The notes beneath the pieces were generated by a model that worked only from the letters and a program-made list of their open reading frames with translations, was not told the DNA's origin and made no database searches. Shown here one piece after another: positions 37,553 to 47,470 of a DNA stretch of 64,000 nt. A program made the translations under genes and the position numbers. This stretch comes from a virus: IMG/VR virus record IMGVR_UViG_3300028374_000796. One strand, written 5' to 3'. How positions within the stretch are numbered: position 1 is the stretch's first letter; the number at the start of each line of letters is the position of its first letter.

Positions 37553-38497
37553 ATGTCAAACCTAAAAGAACAACTTATTCGACTTGGATCTAAAAATCCT
37601 GAACTAAGGGATCACCTTCGTTCTGTCTTATCTGCACTTCCTTATGATTTTGAGGATTATGATGGTACTATCGAAAAGTTCGAGGATAGTGTCCATGCCC
37701 TTAATGCTCTGGTAACTTATATGAGAGGACAGGAATGGCGTCGAGCTATGAAATGGTATGAACGTCTTCCACGATCTACTCAAGAAAAAGTTCCTTCTAA
37801 AGTCCTCAATCGTATTCGTGACGGAATTGAACAAACCGAAATGTCTTTGGATCAACCACGAGCTTCTTTGAAACAGTCGGTGAGTTTGGTAGGAATGAAA
37901 ACTCCCTGGGGTCCTGCACAAAACGTTAATGAGATCGACGGCACCAAACTTTTCTTTGTAGATACCCTAGGACACGGGGGAATGGCTGTAGGAGGTTCTT
38001 ATTTGAAAGGACTAAGTTCTCAGGCGAAGACAGAAGGAATCCTTCAGGGAGGTTTCTACTGGTTTGAGGAAGATATTGCCTGGATGCTTCCAGTTTATGA
38101 AAGCGATGAAATCCTAAGAGCATGGCACCAGAAGTTTGGGTCTACCCTTACTAGGGATAAACTAGAAGAACAAATCGCACGGTGGTTTCCCAAGTACCTT
38201 GAAAACCATAGAAAAGCTTCTAGGAGAAGAGTAGCCATGAAGATTCCGAAGTTCGGAGATAGATATCTCGATACGTTCTTTCGTGAAAAGGATCTTAGAG
38301 AGCGTAGATATGAAGTAGAAGCCCCAGACGGAACTCCACACTCCATTCCCACTGGCGTTGTACTAGAGTATATTGCACAGACTCATGGGCGTGAAAGAGA
38401 ACAGATCAAAGATATTGTTAGAAATCTGGATCTAAGAAACGGCGATTTTTACCATTTCTTTGAGCACCTAGCAAAAGCAATTGCTGCCAACTACTAA
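37553..38497 (+). CDS. Modular protein with shared leader (three small domains)
   Basis: MSNLKEQLIRLGSKNPELRDHL leader; internal TPWGPAQ..FFVDTLGHGG module; C-terminal LDTFFREK...HFFEHLA module. Confidence 0.85.
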   Translation: MSNLKEQLIRLGSKNPELRDHLRSVLSALPYDFEDYDGTIEKFEDSVHALNALVTYMRGQEWRRAMKWYERLPRSTQEKVPSKVLNRIRDGIEQTEMSLDQPRASLKQSVSLVGMKTPWGPAQNVNEIDGTKLFFVDTLGHGGMAVGGSYLKGLSSQAKTEGILQGGFYWFEEDIAWMLPVYESDEILRAWHQKFGSTLTRDKLEEQIARWFPKYLENHRKASRRRVAMKIPKFGDRYLDTFFREKDLRERRYEVEAPDGTPHSIPTGVVLEYIAQTHGREREQIKDIVRNLDLRNGDFYHFFEHLAKAIAANY

Positions 38498-38513
38498 ACT
38501 CTATAGCGGTCTA

Positions 38514-38560
38514 AAATAAAAAACCCCGATCCTTTGAAATGAGGATCGGGGTTTTTATTT
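38514..38560. terminator. Bidirectional terminator between convergent genes
   Basis: AAATAAAAAACCCCGATCCT ... AGGATCGGGGTTTTTATTT. Confidence 0.9.
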
Positions 38561-38579
38561 GTGAGATTCCTAGTCTAAC

Positions 38580-39050
38580 TTAGACGTTCGGAAACCTAAC
38601 TGAGGGGGCCGGAGAGACGACCGAGATGACATCCTCTACTCGTTCCCGCTGCAAAGGTGTGAGGGCACTGAGCGCCTTCTCATAATCTTCCTCGACCTTA
38701 AATGAAGTTACCTCCCGGAAGATGGCATTGAACTCGGTTTCGGACAGTACATCATTGTCCCGAATTTCCAGAACCGTTTCCGTATCATTCGACCTCACCA
38801 TAATACGATCGGAGGTAAAGACCACCTGGACATTGCCGTCCGGAGTTTCGATCTCTACCGTTTCACGGGCTTCGCCTGCGATCATACTGGCATAGGACCG
38901 AAGTTCTTCTTTGGCTTCGTCCAACTCTTTTTTGAGCTTCTTGATCTTCGAGTTGACTCGAATGCCTTCCTGAGCAACCGAAATAATATCGGCACTCTCG
39001 TTTCCTTCTACTTCGTTTCTGTTCATTTCGTTTTCGTTCAGTTCTGACAT
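38580..39050 (-). CDS. Hypothetical protein with N-terminal coiled coil
   Basis: Start at MSELNEN with AAGGAG RBS. Confidence 0.8.
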   Translation of the reverse strand: MSELNENEMNRNEVEGNESADIISVAQEGIRVNSKIKKLKKELDEAKEELRSYASMIAGEARETVEIETPDGNVQVVFTSDRIMVRSNDTETVLEIRDNDVLSETEFNAIFREVTSFKVEEDYEKALSALTPLQRERVEDVISVVSPAPSVRFPNV

Positions 39051-39111
39051 GTGCTTCTCCTTTTGATGTGTTAACAATATCAAGGGGGAACATCCCCCAC
39101 GACGTATTGTA

Positions 39112-39139
39112 AGAATACAGACATTTTTTAGAAAGTCAA
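39112..39139 (-). promoter_or_regulatory. Sigma70-like promoter
   Basis: TTGACT-16 nt-TATTCT upstream of 39050. Confidence 0.5.
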
Positions 39140-39147
39140 GCCTTTTA

Positions 39148-39867
39148 TTATTTGACCCATTCTTCTAGATCGGTGCCCATCACATTATCTCGCATTTTCT
39201 TAACATTTTTCATTTTACTTTCCATGTCATTAAATTTGAGAGCTTTGGCATCTTTCTTCTCTTCTTGCTCTGCCAATCGGGTCAGGATTTTATTACGAGC
39301 TTCTGCACAGGCAGAAGAAAGTCTACAGTGTTTCGTACATTCCTCATCTGTCTCATCGAAATATCCCCAACACTGGTCTTCTACATATTCCTGTTGACGA
39401 TGAAATTCCGATTCAGTAATATCTAGGTCGGGATCTCGGGCCACAATAGTAGCTACGCCTTCCCGAACGTTGATCACATCCACGCCCACCACTGGGATTC
39501 CATCTCCATCCTCAGAAGACGAAGGCGATTGTCCAGTTACAATCCGAAGTACCTGATCATATTGACTAGTAGATACCAGAGGTTTGATGTCCGAAAGAAT
39601 TGGCTCATCCCCTTGCATCAGATCCCGATCTTCAAAAATTGAAGAAGGCCTGAAACCCGAGTCAAGCCTGACCAAGAATTTGACGATATCAGGAAGGGAA
39701 TAACCACTTTTTCTTCCATCATCAGGATCCTTCACCTTCCCCATAAGGTTGGGATAGTCGTGAGAGAATCGGCTCACTTGACTATAATTAATACCCAAGA
39801 GTTGTGAAACTTCATCAGGTCGTACAAAGTTAACGCCATTTTTTTCAAAAATCGTGCTCATTTTCAA
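39148..39867 (-). CDS. HTH (MerR/excisionase-like) N-terminus plus Cys-cluster C-terminus
   Basis: VRPDEVSQLLGINYSQVSR...GYSLPDI; CWGYFD...C...C...C. Confidence 0.7.
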   Translation of the reverse strand: MKMSTIFEKNGVNFVRPDEVSQLLGINYSQVSRFSHDYPNLMGKVKDPDDGRKSGYSLPDIVKFLVRLDSGFRPSSIFEDRDLMQGDEPILSDIKPLVSTSQYDQVLRIVTGQSPSSSEDGDGIPVVGVDVINVREGVATIVARDPDLDITESEFHRQQEYVEDQCWGYFDETDEECTKHCRLSSACAEARNKILTRLAEQEEKKDAKALKFNDMESKMKNVKKMRDNVMGTDLEEWVK

Positions 39868-39905
39868 TACCTCTATTATGCTTTCGTTGAATTACCTCTG
39901 CCAAT

Positions 39906-39934
39906 ATCTTACAGGAACTCGACGGTTACTGCAA
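39906..39934 (-). promoter_or_regulatory. Sigma70-like promoter
   Basis: TTGCAG-17 nt-TAAGAT upstream of 39867. Confidence 0.5.
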
Positions 39935-39941
39935 GGTGATT

Positions 39942-42314
39942 TTATCCCTCAGAAAGAAGCCGTCTCATCTGGTCAAAGATGAATTGTGTCATAAGGGCGG
40001 GAAAACTATCCATATCAGACACATACAAAGAGTTAGGATATTTTTCAACATACCTAGCTTCATATCCAACCCCAATAAACATGACTTCTACGTCTTGTGT
40101 TTGTAGGGTTTCAATCTGACGCTCCATAATGTGGAAATAGTCTTCGTGGGTCCAGGAGGTATCGGTATAGCAGGGATACCCGTCTGTAACTACAAACATG
40201 ATCTTCTGGTCTTCCAACCTCTGCATCAATCTATTTCCGCAGAACTCGATAGCATCGGGAAGCGGAGTCAAACCGTAAGCTTCCGTTTGCGTCAGTTTAC
40301 GGTAAGAGTTGATATTGAAAGGTTCATCAAAGGATCGAAAGACACGATATCGACAACCATTGGTTCTCGAAAACTTTTTATTAACGTTTCTCCTAAATTC
40401 GCGAGTATCTTTCGACGGATTCTGTTTGAGATAGTCCCTGAGAGCATTATTTTCGTTCGTGGTGAATCCAATAATCTCAAGGGGAACTCTCAGTTCTCCG
40501 ATGGTCAGAGCCAGAGTAGCTAGAATCTGTCTTGCAGTTCCCAGGTATGAACACATGCTTTGACTTTCATCCAACACTAGAGATACCGCAGAATTTCGAC
40601 GATTTGATTTGACTTTTTTCATAAAAGGTCGTGGTCGTTTTTTATACACCACCTCAGAGATAGATCTTGACGAGAGCCGCCGACCTTTTTCCTGACGATG
40701 TTTCATTCTACTTTTTTTCTGTCCCCGGAAGAAACTCACCATTCGTGGACGAATATAGAGGGTATCCCTTTTCGTTTTATCTGCAATTTTATTGTAGATA
40801 TCGATCTCTCTCTGGGTTCCTTTAGGCTCCAGATGAATAATGGTATCTACATCTCTGGAAAACGGCAGAACCGATGGAGGCGCGTCTGGCGTAGACTGGT
40901 CATCCCACTCTTGCTTAAGGGCAGAATTGGTGTCCTTCATCCCATTGAATTGAGCGTCGTTATCGCTGAGATCGTCCAAAATATTTTGGTCAATATCCTC
41001 TAGATCGTCCTCATCCTGATCTTCTGCTTCTTCAGGGTCCCCAGATTCAATGGAGTTTTGCTCATCTCCATCTCCCCCTTTCGGAGCTTCATTATTTGCG
41101 TCGGGATCCTCTTCTGCTTCTGAATCCCCGTCGCCAGTGTCGTCTCCATCGTCATCTCCATCAGAATCTTCTTCTTCCTCATCATCGCCAGATCCACCGG
41201 ATCCTTCTTCTTCCTCATCACTTTCCTCATCATCGCCAGACCCGGTATCTTGCTCGTCCCCCTCTTCATCACCCTCACCATCCTCAGGATCCCCAGGGTC
41301 CGGAGAATTGCCCCCACCAGAGCCGGGCATAGGTTGCCCTTGCCCATTTCCACTGGGCCCTTGCCCCGGCTGAGTAGGACCTTGCTGATTTTGCTGTTGC
41401 TGTTGAGCCTCGACAAGCTCAAAAAGATCTGCAATAATCGCAACGGACCTTAGAGCCAACTCAAAAACATCGTAAGAAGACGTAGTTTTATCCGAATCCT
41501 TGATGATATCTTTGAATAGAGTGTCTACAATACGAACTACATCTTCATTATAATCATCAAAAGGAGCATTAAAGAGATGATGCTCGATTTTGTCCCGTAA
41601 GTAACATGTCAGGTGATCCATGGCACTAAAAGACTTTAAGGGCTCCCCTGTATAGGGATTAATCAAGGGTTCCCCATCATCATCCTTGATAGGATGACCA
41701 TTATCGTCAACCATAGGACTGTTTAGAGGACGATATCGACGGGCATATTTCTCCCGTTCCCAGACCAATTCATGAACCGCCTGAATTCGATCTTGCGCAC
41801 CTCTAAATTCTTTGATACCCAAACGCTCGATATAGGCATCCTCAAAAATATTATTCAGCTTTTTGAGGGTATTATGTCTGGCACCATAATTGACCTCTGG
41901 ATCAAAATACTTATCCATGATCTGGGCCATTTTTCGCGTATTAAGCTTCGTCCCTCGTTCTGTGTAGAGAGAGTGAAAAGCTTCATGAAGAATGCCGCCG
42001 TCCAATTGATTAATATACCGCTGAGTGACCCAGGTAGGGGTCTCAGCAATTACAATTTTGTTAACTCTTTGAATTTTCCCCTTAGCATTTCTCCAGACTT
42101 TTTCGACTTCCTTAATTCCAAAAGTTTGCGGATTTTCTTTCTTACAAAATTTGGTAAATTCAACCATCCAATAGATGGTTGGAAAATCATTGGCATTGTA
42201 GAAATCCGATCCGACACTTTGAACCGTGACATCGCTATCTTTCAAGATTCCCCGAGTCAAAGCCTGGTGGCCCGACTTGAAGATCGATCCCCGCATTTTC
42301 TTTTGTTTTGGCAT
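39942..42314 (-). CDS. CobT-like vWA protein with HExxH N-domain and acidic low-complexity linker
   Basis: LHEAFH...NIFEDAYIE; Q/G/D/E-rich linker; MIDAS DESQS, TP and VTDG motifs. Confidence 0.88.
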   Translation of the reverse strand: MPKQKKMRGSIFKSGHQALTRGILKDSDVTVQSVGSDFYNANDFPTIYWMVEFTKFCKKENPQTFGIKEVEKVWRNAKGKIQRVNKIVIAETPTWVTQRYINQLDGGILHEAFHSLYTERGTKLNTRKMAQIMDKYFDPEVNYGARHNTLKKLNNIFEDAYIERLGIKEFRGAQDRIQAVHELVWEREKYARRYRPLNSPMVDDNGHPIKDDDGEPLINPYTGEPLKSFSAMDHLTCYLRDKIEHHLFNAPFDDYNEDVVRIVDTLFKDIIKDSDKTTSSYDVFELALRSVAIIADLFELVEAQQQQQNQQGPTQPGQGPSGNGQGQPMPGSGGGNSPDPGDPEDGEGDEEGDEQDTGSGDDEESDEEEEGSGGSGDDEEEEDSDGDDDGDDTGDGDSEAEEDPDANNEAPKGGDGDEQNSIESGDPEEAEDQDEDDLEDIDQNILDDLSDNDAQFNGMKDTNSALKQEWDDQSTPDAPPSVLPFSRDVDTIIHLEPKGTQREIDIYNKIADKTKRDTLYIRPRMVSFFRGQKKSRMKHRQEKGRRLSSRSISEVVYKKRPRPFMKKVKSNRRNSAVSLVLDESQSMCSYLGTARQILATLALTIGELRVPLEIIGFTTNENNALRDYLKQNPSKDTREFRRNVNKKFSRTNGCRYRVFRSFDEPFNINSYRKLTQTEAYGLTPLPDAIEFCGNRLMQRLEDQKIMFVVTDGYPCYTDTSWTHEDYFHIMERQIETLQTQDVEVMFIGVGYEARYVEKYPNSLYVSDMDSFPALMTQFIFDQMRRLLSEG

Positions 42315-42445
42315 TATTACTCCACTTCACTACACAAAATTACAACTGTCTAGCGCCATATTTGCATAAGACGGTCTGACTGTCAAGGTAAGATGGTGAA
42401 AAGTGAGATGATGAGAAAATACTTTTCACCATCTCACTTTTCGTT

Positions 42446-43651
42446 TTACATCATGATATCCATGGCACGCTTAATCACCGCTTGTCGTGTGGTAAGATCA
42501 TACCATTCTAGCCAATCCTTCGCAGCATCTTTCATCATATCGTCATAAGGCTTATTGTCATTTTCGGCGTAAAGCTCTTCTGCGCTCTGCATCCATTGCA
42601 CAAGACGACGGTGAGAGAACGATGCGAAAATATCATTGTTTTTGATCATTTCCCGAATGGAAGCGGTTACTTGCATGACACGCCCAAATTCCTTAGGAAT
42701 GGTATCTGCCAACACCGGGAATTTCTTTTTGAGAATTGCTTCCTCTTCTTCCGGCTCCAGAAAATGAAACTGGATAACCCGTTGGAAACGATCCAAAATC
42801 GACTCGTCCATTTCCTGTACAGAAGAGTAATATCCCGTCATATCACCACGACCCGCAGAGTTGGCGGTTGCGACAATTCGAGTGTCAGGGTGAACCTGTA
42901 CGTTGATTCCCAGTTCTGGAATGAACACGTTCTGCGAATTATCTTCTAGAACGTGTCTCAAAACCTCGTGATATTCCGCAGGAGCGCGATCAATATCATC
43001 AATCAAGCAAACAACCCCTCGGCGTTCGCCATCAGGACCAACCCGACCCTCAAGGTCTTTAAGCAGTTTGCCTTTGATAAACTTGGTAACGTTGTTTCCA
43101 GTAGCTTTATCAATGACAACGGCCTCTTTCCCCAGATAAAGTTCGGGGTCCAAACCTTCCCGCATAGGATAGTGGGAAGCTTCCATGTTCAGGTCATGGG
43201 TCAGAGCACGCACAACTGCGGACTTACCAGATCCTGCGGGACCATAGATGAAAATAGACTTTCGATTGTATTTGAGAGCGCGTGCAAAACGCTCAGTAGA
43301 CGCGGATGCGTCTCCCTTTCGGGGATAGGAATATTGAAAAGGTCGATTGAATTTGTCTAGAACTTCACCTTCGTTCCGTTCCAGTTGAATTCCTCCCACT
43401 TTAATGATATCATCAAAGCGTTTCGTACCTTTTCTTTCAGGTGCATTATTATTGAAAGCTTCCCATACGGAATTGGAAGCGATAGGACTATCACTTCCAA
43501 ATTCCTCCAAATAATCTCCTAAAACCATCGAATGTGCATCATTCAGGTGGTCTTTCAGGAAATGGTATTTTGTGAGGGGAAGACCTTTCTTCGCACAAAC
43601 AAGACATTTAACTTTAGGACTAAGGGCGCTTAAACTCATTACAAACTCCAC
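42446..43651 (-). CDS. MoxR/CobS/CbbQ-type AAA+ ATPase with N-terminal C2H2-like finger
   Basis: CLVC...HLNDAH; GPAGSGKS; LIDDIDRA; VATAN; ILDRF; SHRRL. Confidence 0.9.
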   Translation of the reverse strand: MEFVMSLSALSPKVKCLVCAKKGLPLTKYHFLKDHLNDAHSMVLGDYLEEFGSDSPIASNSVWEAFNNNAPERKGTKRFDDIIKVGGIQLERNEGEVLDKFNRPFQYSYPRKGDASASTERFARALKYNRKSIFIYGPAGSGKSAVVRALTHDLNMEASHYPMREGLDPELYLGKEAVVIDKATGNNVTKFIKGKLLKDLEGRVGPDGERRGVVCLIDDIDRAPAEYHEVLRHVLEDNSQNVFIPELGINVQVHPDTRIVATANSAGRGDMTGYYSSVQEMDESILDRFQRVIQFHFLEPEEEEAILKKKFPVLADTIPKEFGRVMQVTASIREMIKNNDIFASFSHRRLVQWMQSAEELYAENDNKPYDDMMKDAAKDWLEWYDLTTRQAVIKRAMDIMM

Positions 43652-43710
43652 AGCTTTGATTTCTGAGGCAACTTATTACCTCAAGTAGTACCAATAAATA
43701 CGGACCACTA

Positions 43711-43739
43711 TCTATACCCTGGAGTTTGCAATATTTCAA
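43711..43739 (-). promoter_or_regulatory. CCAGGG-TATA family promoter, copy B
   Basis: TTGAAA-17 nt (ending CTCCAGGG)-TATAGA upstream of the AAA gene. Confidence 0.7.
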
Positions 43740-43785
43740 GTCCTTTTTACAAAAAAGACCAAAAAAGTTTAATTAGTCCTAAAAT

Positions 43786-44763
43786 TCACCCGGCCATCAG
43801 TTCCATAGCATGAGGTTTCAGGTCTTTTAGAAGGTCCTGCAATTTGTCTATATAGTAATAGACTTTTCGGGGGGAATCCACACCAATGGCTTCATAAAGA
43901 GGTAGGGTCTGGACTCGTCCCTTGTCTCTATTGAAAAACGTGATTTCTCTTCTCGCGAGATCTGTTCTACTTTTAAAATCTGGCTCTTCCTTGATCGCTT
44001 TCCAGATTCGTAGGATTTTTTCATCGCCGCGACTTTGAATATATTTATCGATTTTTCTCAGAAAATCTCTAATTTCCGCACTTCCTTCCGACAGACTCAT
44101 CCAAGAAGACGCTTCGGATCTGGTCATTGGGTTCATTTCTAAAAGGTTTAGAACAATATTAGAATCTCCTCCTTCAGGATTTGAATCGAAATTATCGGAA
44201 GTATCAAAAGGAACCTGGTGATAACCTCCATCTCCCATAGGTCCTCGCTGCCTTTGCTGAAATTTACGATCTTTATTATGTGCTTTATCGTTTACTTGCT
44301 TTCTCAAAAGCTTTTCCATATCAAGTGCATCTTTCCCTTCTTCTCTCCAGTCTTTAATCTGTTGCGCTAAATTTCCCTGAGACCATTGTCCTTTACTAAA
44401 GTCAAGATTCCCCGTATCCTGGTCTACGTCAAAGGAATCCAGATTTTGACCTAACAGAATATCCTGAAAAACTGCGGACATTACTTGCTCTTCATATTTG
44501 GTGTCCCATTTCATTTCAATGGCGATCCTTTTTACGGTATTAATAAAGATGGATCCCCAAGGAAGGTCCGGAGGATTCTCCAGTCCTGCACTTCTAAAAT
44601 GTTGCGCCACCGCTATATTAATGGTGTTTTTATCATAGTCCGCAGTTTTCATGCGACCTAAGTGAGCGATCCTCATAAGAGCATAAGCCACTTTCACAGG
44701 CTCGTCGATAGTCTGTGAAACTTGAGAAGTAGCTTGTCGAAGCATCTGTTTAATTTTTAGCAT
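43786..44763 (-). CDS. Hypothetical protein, possibly a divergent sigma-like regulator
   Basis: 325 aa; N-terminal ALMRIAHLGRMKTA segment; AVFQDILL region-2-like; C-terminal HTH-like. Sigma similarity is weak. Confidence 0.7.
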   Translation of the reverse strand: MLKIKQMLRQATSQVSQTIDEPVKVAYALMRIAHLGRMKTADYDKNTINIAVAQHFRSAGLENPPDLPWGSIFINTVKRIAIEMKWDTKYEEQVMSAVFQDILLGQNLDSFDVDQDTGNLDFSKGQWSQGNLAQQIKDWREEGKDALDMEKLLRKQVNDKAHNKDRKFQQRQRGPMGDGGYHQVPFDTSDNFDSNPEGGDSNIVLNLLEMNPMTRSEASSWMSLSEGSAEIRDFLRKIDKYIQSRGDEKILRIWKAIKEEPDFKSRTDLARREITFFNRDKGRVQTLPLYEAIGVDSPRKVYYYIDKLQDLLKDLKPHAMELMAG

Positions 44764-44792
44764 TATCTATTCCTATTGAGAGCGTAAAGCGA

Positions 44793-44821
44793 TTGACAGG
44801 CAACCCTCTATCTGTTAGTAA
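44793..44821 (+). promoter_or_regulatory. Sigma70-like promoter
   Basis: TTGACA-17 nt-TAGTAA upstream of 44871. Confidence 0.55.
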
Positions 44822-44870
44822 AGGATGACGAAGTGTTTTCATACCTACCCTAATAGAAAAGGATTACCAA

Positions 44871-45404
44871 ATGTCAGATGTTCAACCGTTAGCGCCTTAT
44901 ATCAAATTAGAGGATGGATTAGAGGAAATGAAAGGACATAAGACCTCAAAATCCTATATTACTGCTCTAATGAATATTTATGTTAGAGATACTCCCTTTC
45001 AACAATTGCAGATCGTAGATTTGCATCAAAAGGTTCAGAGTCTTGTCCCAGGGGAGATTACTTATTCTTCAAATACCATTAGTCGGCAACTTCGACGATT
45101 CCGAAAGGAAGACTTGGTAGTTATTTTCGATGATCATGAAGATGATTTGCCTCAGGAAAGGCTGTTTGTCTGGGCACAGGCTGTGCCAGATTTTGCAAAG
45201 GAAGTACAGGAAAAAGAAAACGAGCAAGAAGCAATTGATAATGAAGAATTGGATCGACTTTTGGAACAAGCAGAGCAACAAACCAAAAAATTGGTGCTTT
45301 CAGATGATGACTCTTCTGAAAGCAAAAAATATTCTGCTAGAAAGAGAAATCCGGCCACACCTTTTTTCAAAGCTCTTTTCCGTAAGCTACTGGGCACTCC
45401 TTAA
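44871..45404 (+). CDS. Hypothetical protein with winged-HTH-like segment
   Basis: YSSNTISRQLRRFRKEDLV; AAGGA RBS. Confidence 0.7.
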   Translation: MSDVQPLAPYIKLEDGLEEMKGHKTSKSYITALMNIYVRDTPFQQLQIVDLHQKVQSLVPGEITYSSNTISRQLRRFRKEDLVVIFDDHEDDLPQERLFVWAQAVPDFAKEVQEKENEQEAIDNEELDRLLEQAEQQTKKLVLSDDDSSESKKYSARKRNPATPFFKALFRKLLGTP

Positions 45405-45937
45405 TTATTATGTCCGGAAGCCCACAGAGACGCTGTATCTTTGAGTTTCTTTCGTTCCTTATCCACTCGATAAAACGAAACATTCAGGATTTCAGCGATC
45501 TCTGTTTTTGTGTATCCCATAGAGGTTAGCATTAATAATCTCTTTGGGATCACATCCTCATCATCGAGATTCCTCTCGACATAATCTACAAAATCTGAAA
45601 CGTATCCGCCTTCCTCGTTTGGAGGGGAAACCCATTCTTTCGAGGAAGGAACTGCTATCTGATGTTCAAAAGATAAGGCATTTTTAAGGGGGGATCTTTT
45701 ATCTTTTCGCAATCCAGAGCTAAATACTCCAGAAGCTACTAGATAGATATAATGGGAGATTGAAGATTTTGAGGAATCGTAAGGCGCAGATGTATTTAGT
45801 TTGACGATCTTTTTGCAGACATCCTGTACCAGATCGTCTGCGTCGGACCCCCATACTGGAAATTTTGCTCTCACAATTCGGGAAACATCTTCGTAATGTT
45901 TGGTTAAATCTAGTCCTAATTTTATGGTCTTCATCAT
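45401..45937 (-). CDS. ECF-like RNA polymerase sigma factor
   Basis: DADDLVQDV (region 2), YD..KSSISHYIY, GYTKTEIAEILNVS (region 4). Confidence 0.75.
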   Translation of the reverse strand: MMKTIKLGLDLTKHYEDVSRIVRAKFPVWGSDADDLVQDVCKKIVKLNTSAPYDSSKSSISHYIYLVASGVFSSGLRKDKRSPLKNALSFEHQIAVPSSKEWVSPPNEEGGYVSDFVDYVERNLDDEDVIPKRLLMLTSMGYTKTEIAEILNVSFYRVDKERKKLKDTASLWASGHNN

Positions 45938-46018
45938 ATAGTTCTTGTTTTAGAATGTAGTTGTTGCTTTCACCTGAAATAACAACTGACTAACCAAACA
46001 TAATTCAAGAGGACTAAA

Positions 46019-46621
46019 ATGAGTAAAGTATCCCAAGAAAAAGTTGATACCCTCCTTGCAGATATGAAGGAAAAGCTCCCCGACTATAAAATTATTTATA
46101 AAGATGAACCCTTACCAAAAGTATGGTACGTCCGATTTATAATGTTTATGGCATCTCTCTGGGGATTTTTCAATCGAGGTTTCCGAAAAGCCTGGAATAC
46201 TAGAATTTCCAATGGGATTGGAGACTATATTATATTCCCTTCCCGAGAAACGCACGGCGACTTGAGAGATTTTAAAACCTACATGATTCTCAGGCATGAA
46301 TATGTTCACCTATTGGATTCTAAAAAATACGGTCTTTGGTTCCAACTGACTTATGGTTTATTGCCTTTACCTATTTTATTGTCGGGCAGAGCACACTGGG
46401 AATTAAGGGGATACTCTCAAAACTTGATTGTTCTTCATGAGGAAGGTAGAACGATTTCTGATAAATATCTAGATAGTGTTGCATCCCAATTCTGGAAACC
46501 TCTTTATTTCTGGATGTATCCCTTTCCAGGCTCCATTAAGAAAAAGCTCCGTAAAATACGAGACGGCATAGAAGCCGGGGAGATTAAAGGTTTCAATCCT
46601 GACATTAAACTCTGGGATTGA
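46019..46621 (+). CDS. HExxH zinc-peptidase-like protein
   Basis: LRHEYVHL followed by WELRGY (third ligand E); aromatic/hydrophobic stretches. Confidence 0.7.
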   Translation: MSKVSQEKVDTLLADMKEKLPDYKIIYKDEPLPKVWYVRFIMFMASLWGFFNRGFRKAWNTRISNGIGDYIIFPSRETHGDLRDFKTYMILRHEYVHLLDSKKYGLWFQLTYGLLPLPILLSGRAHWELRGYSQNLIVLHEEGRTISDKYLDSVASQFWKPLYFWMYPFPGSIKKKLRKIRDGIEAGEIKGFNPDIKLWD

Positions 46622-46671
46622 ACCCCTACATTCAACCCATTGGATCCGTGCCTCCAAGGCTATTACTTCTT

Positions 46672-47049
46672 TTAGAGGGCTTTTCTTTCCTCAGATTCTT
46701 TCATGGATTCTTGAATTGGAAGTCGCGATACTTTTTCGGCGGTAAGGTATTCGCTGGCTTCCTTTTGAGAAAGAATTACCAAACAAATAGGTTTAGGACG
46801 TACCCATTTTTCCCATTTATTGAGGATCGTTTTAAACAGTTCTTGTAATTCTTCCAGATTATCGGAAGTTTCATAGAAATTATATTTGTAGGGAAACCAG
46901 GTAGGGAAATCCCCATTCCTTTTCTTAATCCTAGCCAGTGCATATTTCTTTCCCTTAAAGTCACTTTCTTTGACCTCCATATAAAGGGATTCTTTTTGCT
47001 GATCCTCGGTAGTTATGTCAACCTTAAGTGTTTTGATTAAATCAAACAT
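46672..47049 (-). CDS. Hypothetical protein
   Basis: 125 aa with AAGG RBS. Confidence 0.65.
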   Translation of the reverse strand: MFDLIKTLKVDITTEDQQKESLYMEVKESDFKGKKYALARIKKRNGDFPTWFPYKYNFYETSDNLEELQELFKTILNKWEKWVRPKPICLVILSQKEASEYLTAEKVSRLPIQESMKESEERKAL

Positions 47050-47173
47050 GGTGGTCGCCTTCTCTCAATGGTCAAAATTCAAAAGGAACTCTATAGGAAT
47101 CTAGAGTTAAGGTCAAGCTTGCTTCTCACTCTAGAACCTGATACATTATGAAAAGGCATGTAACTTTCTATAA

Positions 47174-47470
47174 ATGAGAAGTAGTATTATGACGACAAGC
47201 AGAGATCCGATAAAAGAATGCTTTAACGATAGCGCTGAATTTGGTCTTTTCAAAGATGGAGATCTGATTGTAAGTTCCAGTGATCCTGAAGAATTAGAAA
47301 TGTATATCAGTGTCCGCAGTAAAATGCCTTTTCCTGTTCCAACCTTTACCATAGAGGAATTAGAAACTTCTGAAAATGCGGTAGAAGAAGACTCTCAGGA
47401 ACCTGATGTAGAAAAAGAAAAGGCTATCCTAGTAGATCCTGAGGAGGATAAGGAAGAAGATAGTACTTGA
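47174..47470 (+). CDS. Small acidic hypothetical protein
   Basis: 98 aa; E/D-rich C-terminal half. Confidence 0.6.
   Translation: MRSSIMTTSRDPIKECFNDSAEFGLFKDGDLIVSSSDPEELEMYISVRSKMPFPVPTFTIEELETSENAVEEDSQEPDVEKEKAILVDPEEDKEEDST

Noticed and set aside
40960-41420. GAT/GAA-rich quasi-repeats
   Set aside because: These encode the acidic low-complexity linker of the vWA protein; the overlapping ORFs in other frames are artefacts.
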